The position numbers were made by a program, and so were the translations under genes. Source: Mobula hypostoma (Eukaryota). Taken from it: 64,000 bases of DNA. The first letter of the stretch is position 1, and each line of letters opens with the position of its first letter. Of the stretch, positions 61,986 through 64,000 are shown in pieces. The notes under the pieces are model-generated. The model saw nothing but the letters and a program-made list of their open reading frames with translations. It ran no database searches and was not told where the DNA came from. The DNA lies in the NCBI RefSeq assembly GCF_963921235.1, contig NC_086097.1, forward strand, positions 22,570,001 through 22,634,000, in the 5' to 3' direction.

Positions 61986-62474
61986 TAAATGCGGGCAGGG
62001 CTTCGCTTCTGATGGGCTGGCTTGTCCATCAATTAGCTGTCAATTCTAATCCTATTTACCTGACTTGGCTCATAACTTTCTATGCCCTGGAACTTCAAAT
62101 GTTCATCTAAATATTTATAAAATGTTATGAGTGTATCTACCCCACCATTCCATCACCCCAGTCTGTACATCTAAGTGACTTACTAGGCCTTTGCTGTGTA
62201 CCCCTGAGAAAATATTTTGCCCAAAAATATCCAAGGTGATAAATCTGTTGGAACTGAAATAGCTACAAGTAATATCTGCAATAACTGGTGTCCTCAATTC
62301 TCCCTTTCCTCTACAGTCAACTCAACTAGACAAAAATATCATGATCAAAATGCATTGTGTAGGCAATCACAGTTGAAACTTCAACTACAGTGGTTTTCAA
62401 GGCATTGTACAACTACTCCTATTCTTGTACCTGTCTTATCAGGAGAAACAAAATTTCTAGTTAATAAATCTGAG

Positions 62475-63058
62475 TATTGAGTACAGGAGTTGGGACGTTA
62501 TGCTGAAGTTGTATAAGATTTTGGTGAGGTCTACTTTGTGTGTAGTTCTGGTCACCTGCCTAGAGGAAAGGTATCAATAAGATTGAAAGAGTGCAGAGAA
62601 AATTTACAAGAACGTTGATGGGACTTGAGGATCTGAGTTATAGGGAAAGGTTGAATAGATTAAGACTTTATTCCCTGGAGCGCAGGGGAATGAGGGGAGA
62701 TTTGATAAAAGTATACTAAGTTATGAGTGTTATAGATGGGGTAAATGCTGGCAGGCTTTTTCCACTGAGAATGGTAAAAACTGAACTAGAGGTCATAAGT
62801 TAAGGATAAAAGGTGAAAATATTGAAGTAGAGTGTCTGAGGAGGAACTTCTTCACTTACAGGGCTGTTCGAGTGTGGAACGAACTGGCAGCAGAAGTGAA
62901 AGATTTGGGTTCAATTGCAACATTGAACAGAAGGTTGGAAACTGCATGGATTTTAGAGGTTTGGAGGGCTACAGTCCATATGCCAGTCGATTCAACTGGA
63001 GAGAATAACAGTCCGTCACAGACTAGATGGCCGGTTCTGTGCCACAGTGCTCTATGCC
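62475..63058 (+). mobile_element. CR1 3' fragment
   Basis: IEYRSWDVMLKLYKILVR...IERVQRKFTR; FTYRAVRVWNEL. Confidence 0.85.
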
Positions 63059-63662
63059 TTGTTAGACTTCCCATTTCTGTAATATTATCCAACCCAAAAC
63101 TTTTAAGTGTGAGTTTTTGTTTACTTCCTCCTGCTTCTGAAGAGTCTGAAAATTCTGAAAACAGTTGGAACCATGAAAGAAGAAGCAGAGCTGATTGGGT
63201 TTTGATTTGAGGTATTATCTCTGGTTCCCCCTATTGTGCTGTCTGATCTGGTGTTTCATGCATGTCCGTTTTCATTGCAGCTTTCCAGCAACTGTAATTT
63301 TGGTCATTTCAATCCAGACTAACAAAGGGACATATAATAGTTTATAGATTGTGGTGAAAGTCGGATGTTCATAGGGAAATCTGGTAAATTACTCTAAGAA
63401 TTTTGTGCAATTGAATCCTTTTAGAAAGTAGGACATGACATGCGGGCTGAAACGGGTATATAAAAGCTAAGGACTCTCACCATCTGAGATATACTCTCCT
63501 CTCAGCTCTCTCATTGGGGAGGAGATACAGGAATGTGGAGACTCACACGCAGTGATTCAGGAACAGCTTTTTTCTCTCGGCTGTCAGCTGTCTGAACAGT
63601 TCATGAACCCATAAATGCTCCTCATTATTCCTTTTTTTGCACTATTTATGTATTTTCGCAAC

Positions 63663-64000
63663 TCTTTTTTCTTTTCAAATCTTTTTATTATTATTATTCA
63701 AAAAAAACACGAATGCATCGAAGTAAGCAACACTTACAATGTCTCAAGAAGAAAAAATTATGTTAAAGATTGAAAAAATTTTTGTGATAATAAAAAGCCC
63801 TACTAAGCAGAAAAGTGGAAAAAAAAACCATTAGGTGTACAACCCCGGAGCCATGTGTCATACAAAAAGCTTCTAAAGATAAACATCAAACTGCCATCAA
63901 GAAAAAAAAATACCAGAAATTTACAATTAGATCGTGGAGAAAATTTATCAATTAACTCAAATGATAATAACGAGCAAATGAATCCCATCTTTTCTGAAAA
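63663..64000 (-). mobile_element. Probable L1-clade LINE 3' end (runs off the window)
   Basis: Minus strand FQKRWDSFARYYHLS-stop resembles L1 ORF2 C-termini, then T-rich UTR, AATAAA and A-rich tail. Confidence 0.65.

Overview
Eukaryotic, repeat-dense non-coding DNA. The repeat repertoire (HE1-type V-SINEs, CR1, Rex1/Babar, Penelope-like elements) points to a cartilaginous fish, probably a ray; this is inference from family recognition only. No host protein-coding gene can be supported, and the longer ORFs are transposon remnants or chance frames. Much of the window is decayed mobile DNA: about 25 CR1 fragments (one near full length), more than 10 Rex1/Babar fragments, V-SINEs, a CORE-like SINE, an RTE-related element, three solo LTRs, Tc1 and hAT derivatives, and an L1-like 3' end. 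The most notable system is about 20 short Penelope-derived retroelements carrying a minimal type I hammerhead ribozyme (stem I-CUGANGA-stem II-GAAACGUH-stem I). They often sit as inverted pairs with 11-14 bp target-site duplications (TSDs), including one perfect 94-bp-arm palindrome. Several repeat-free AT-rich islands with transcription-factor motif clusters look like candidate enhancers. Coordinates of decayed elements are approximate; those tied to TSDs or TIRs were counted base by base.
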